A DNA stretch of 62,531 nt, filler included, from Actinomycetota bacterium (GTDB taxonomy: Bacteria; Actinomycetota; Acidimicrobiia; IMCC26256; VFJJ01), in the NCBI GenBank assembly GCA_009886115.1. It is 6 parts of 6 records of this genome, joined end to end, with 100 filler letters (N's around TTAATTAATTAA, not from the genome) between each part and the next. Parts side by side here need not be neighbours in the genome. Positions count along the whole stretch, not along the records: positions 58,401 to 62,531 come from VFJJ01000084.1; 5 more parts are not named here. One strand, given 5' to 3'. Position 1 is the stretch's first letter, and each line of letters begins with the position of its first letter. This document shows positions 62,413 through 62,531 of the stretch, one piece after another. The notes under the pieces were generated by a model. It was not told the origin of the DNA. It saw only the letters and a list, made by a program, of their open reading frames with translations, and ran no database searches. A program made the translations under genes and the position numbers.

Positions 62413-62531
62413 GACTGGAAACGCTAGCAAGCGCTCGAGCACCGGATCGGCACGCTGCTGTGCTCGTCCGTCTCGGGGCCGGAGACCGCGATTCCCATTG
62501 TGGAGAGAGCCTTCACGACGGTGGGATGCAC

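Overview
High-GC actinobacterial DNA, probably Acidimicrobiia (inferred from the GYWLVxSDGGIFAFG cell-surface repeats and the gene content). The window is not contiguous: five 100-nt artificial spacers (N44-TTAATTAATTAA-N44) join six contig pieces (1-29709, 29810-36832, 36933-44846, 44947-51251, 51352-58300, 58401-62531), so adjacency across a spacer means nothing. Contig 1 carries a ~21 kb methylated-amine/C1 island: XRE-cupin regulator, APC permease plus USP, gmaS/glnT, mgsABC (glxBCD), a heterotetrameric sarcosine oxidase/N-methylglutamate dehydrogenase and fhs. These are followed by a second, divergent GS-like + mgsABC-like module with an orphan gene and a class I glutamine amidotransferase. 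A 17-bp GTTTC-N7-GAAAC-like operator recurs before these transcription units, three times as tandem pairs 20 bp apart. Elsewhere there is a UGSC-motif selenoprotein (in-frame UGA plus SECIS-like hairpin, split by the ORF track) with its partner gene and an LLM oxidoreductase. The partner gene's 3' end is duplicated around a mobile mystery protein A/B module. Also present: a decayed Sec-rhodanese-CBS gene, a signal-less HiPIP-like protein, a ~530-bp low-GC3 codon patch inside an ECH/thiolase operon, a tRNA 3' fragment, a Wzm/Wzt locus with a GT4-GNAT fusion, ureFGD and many deletion-derived gene fragments. All family calls come from motif recognition by eye; no searches were run.
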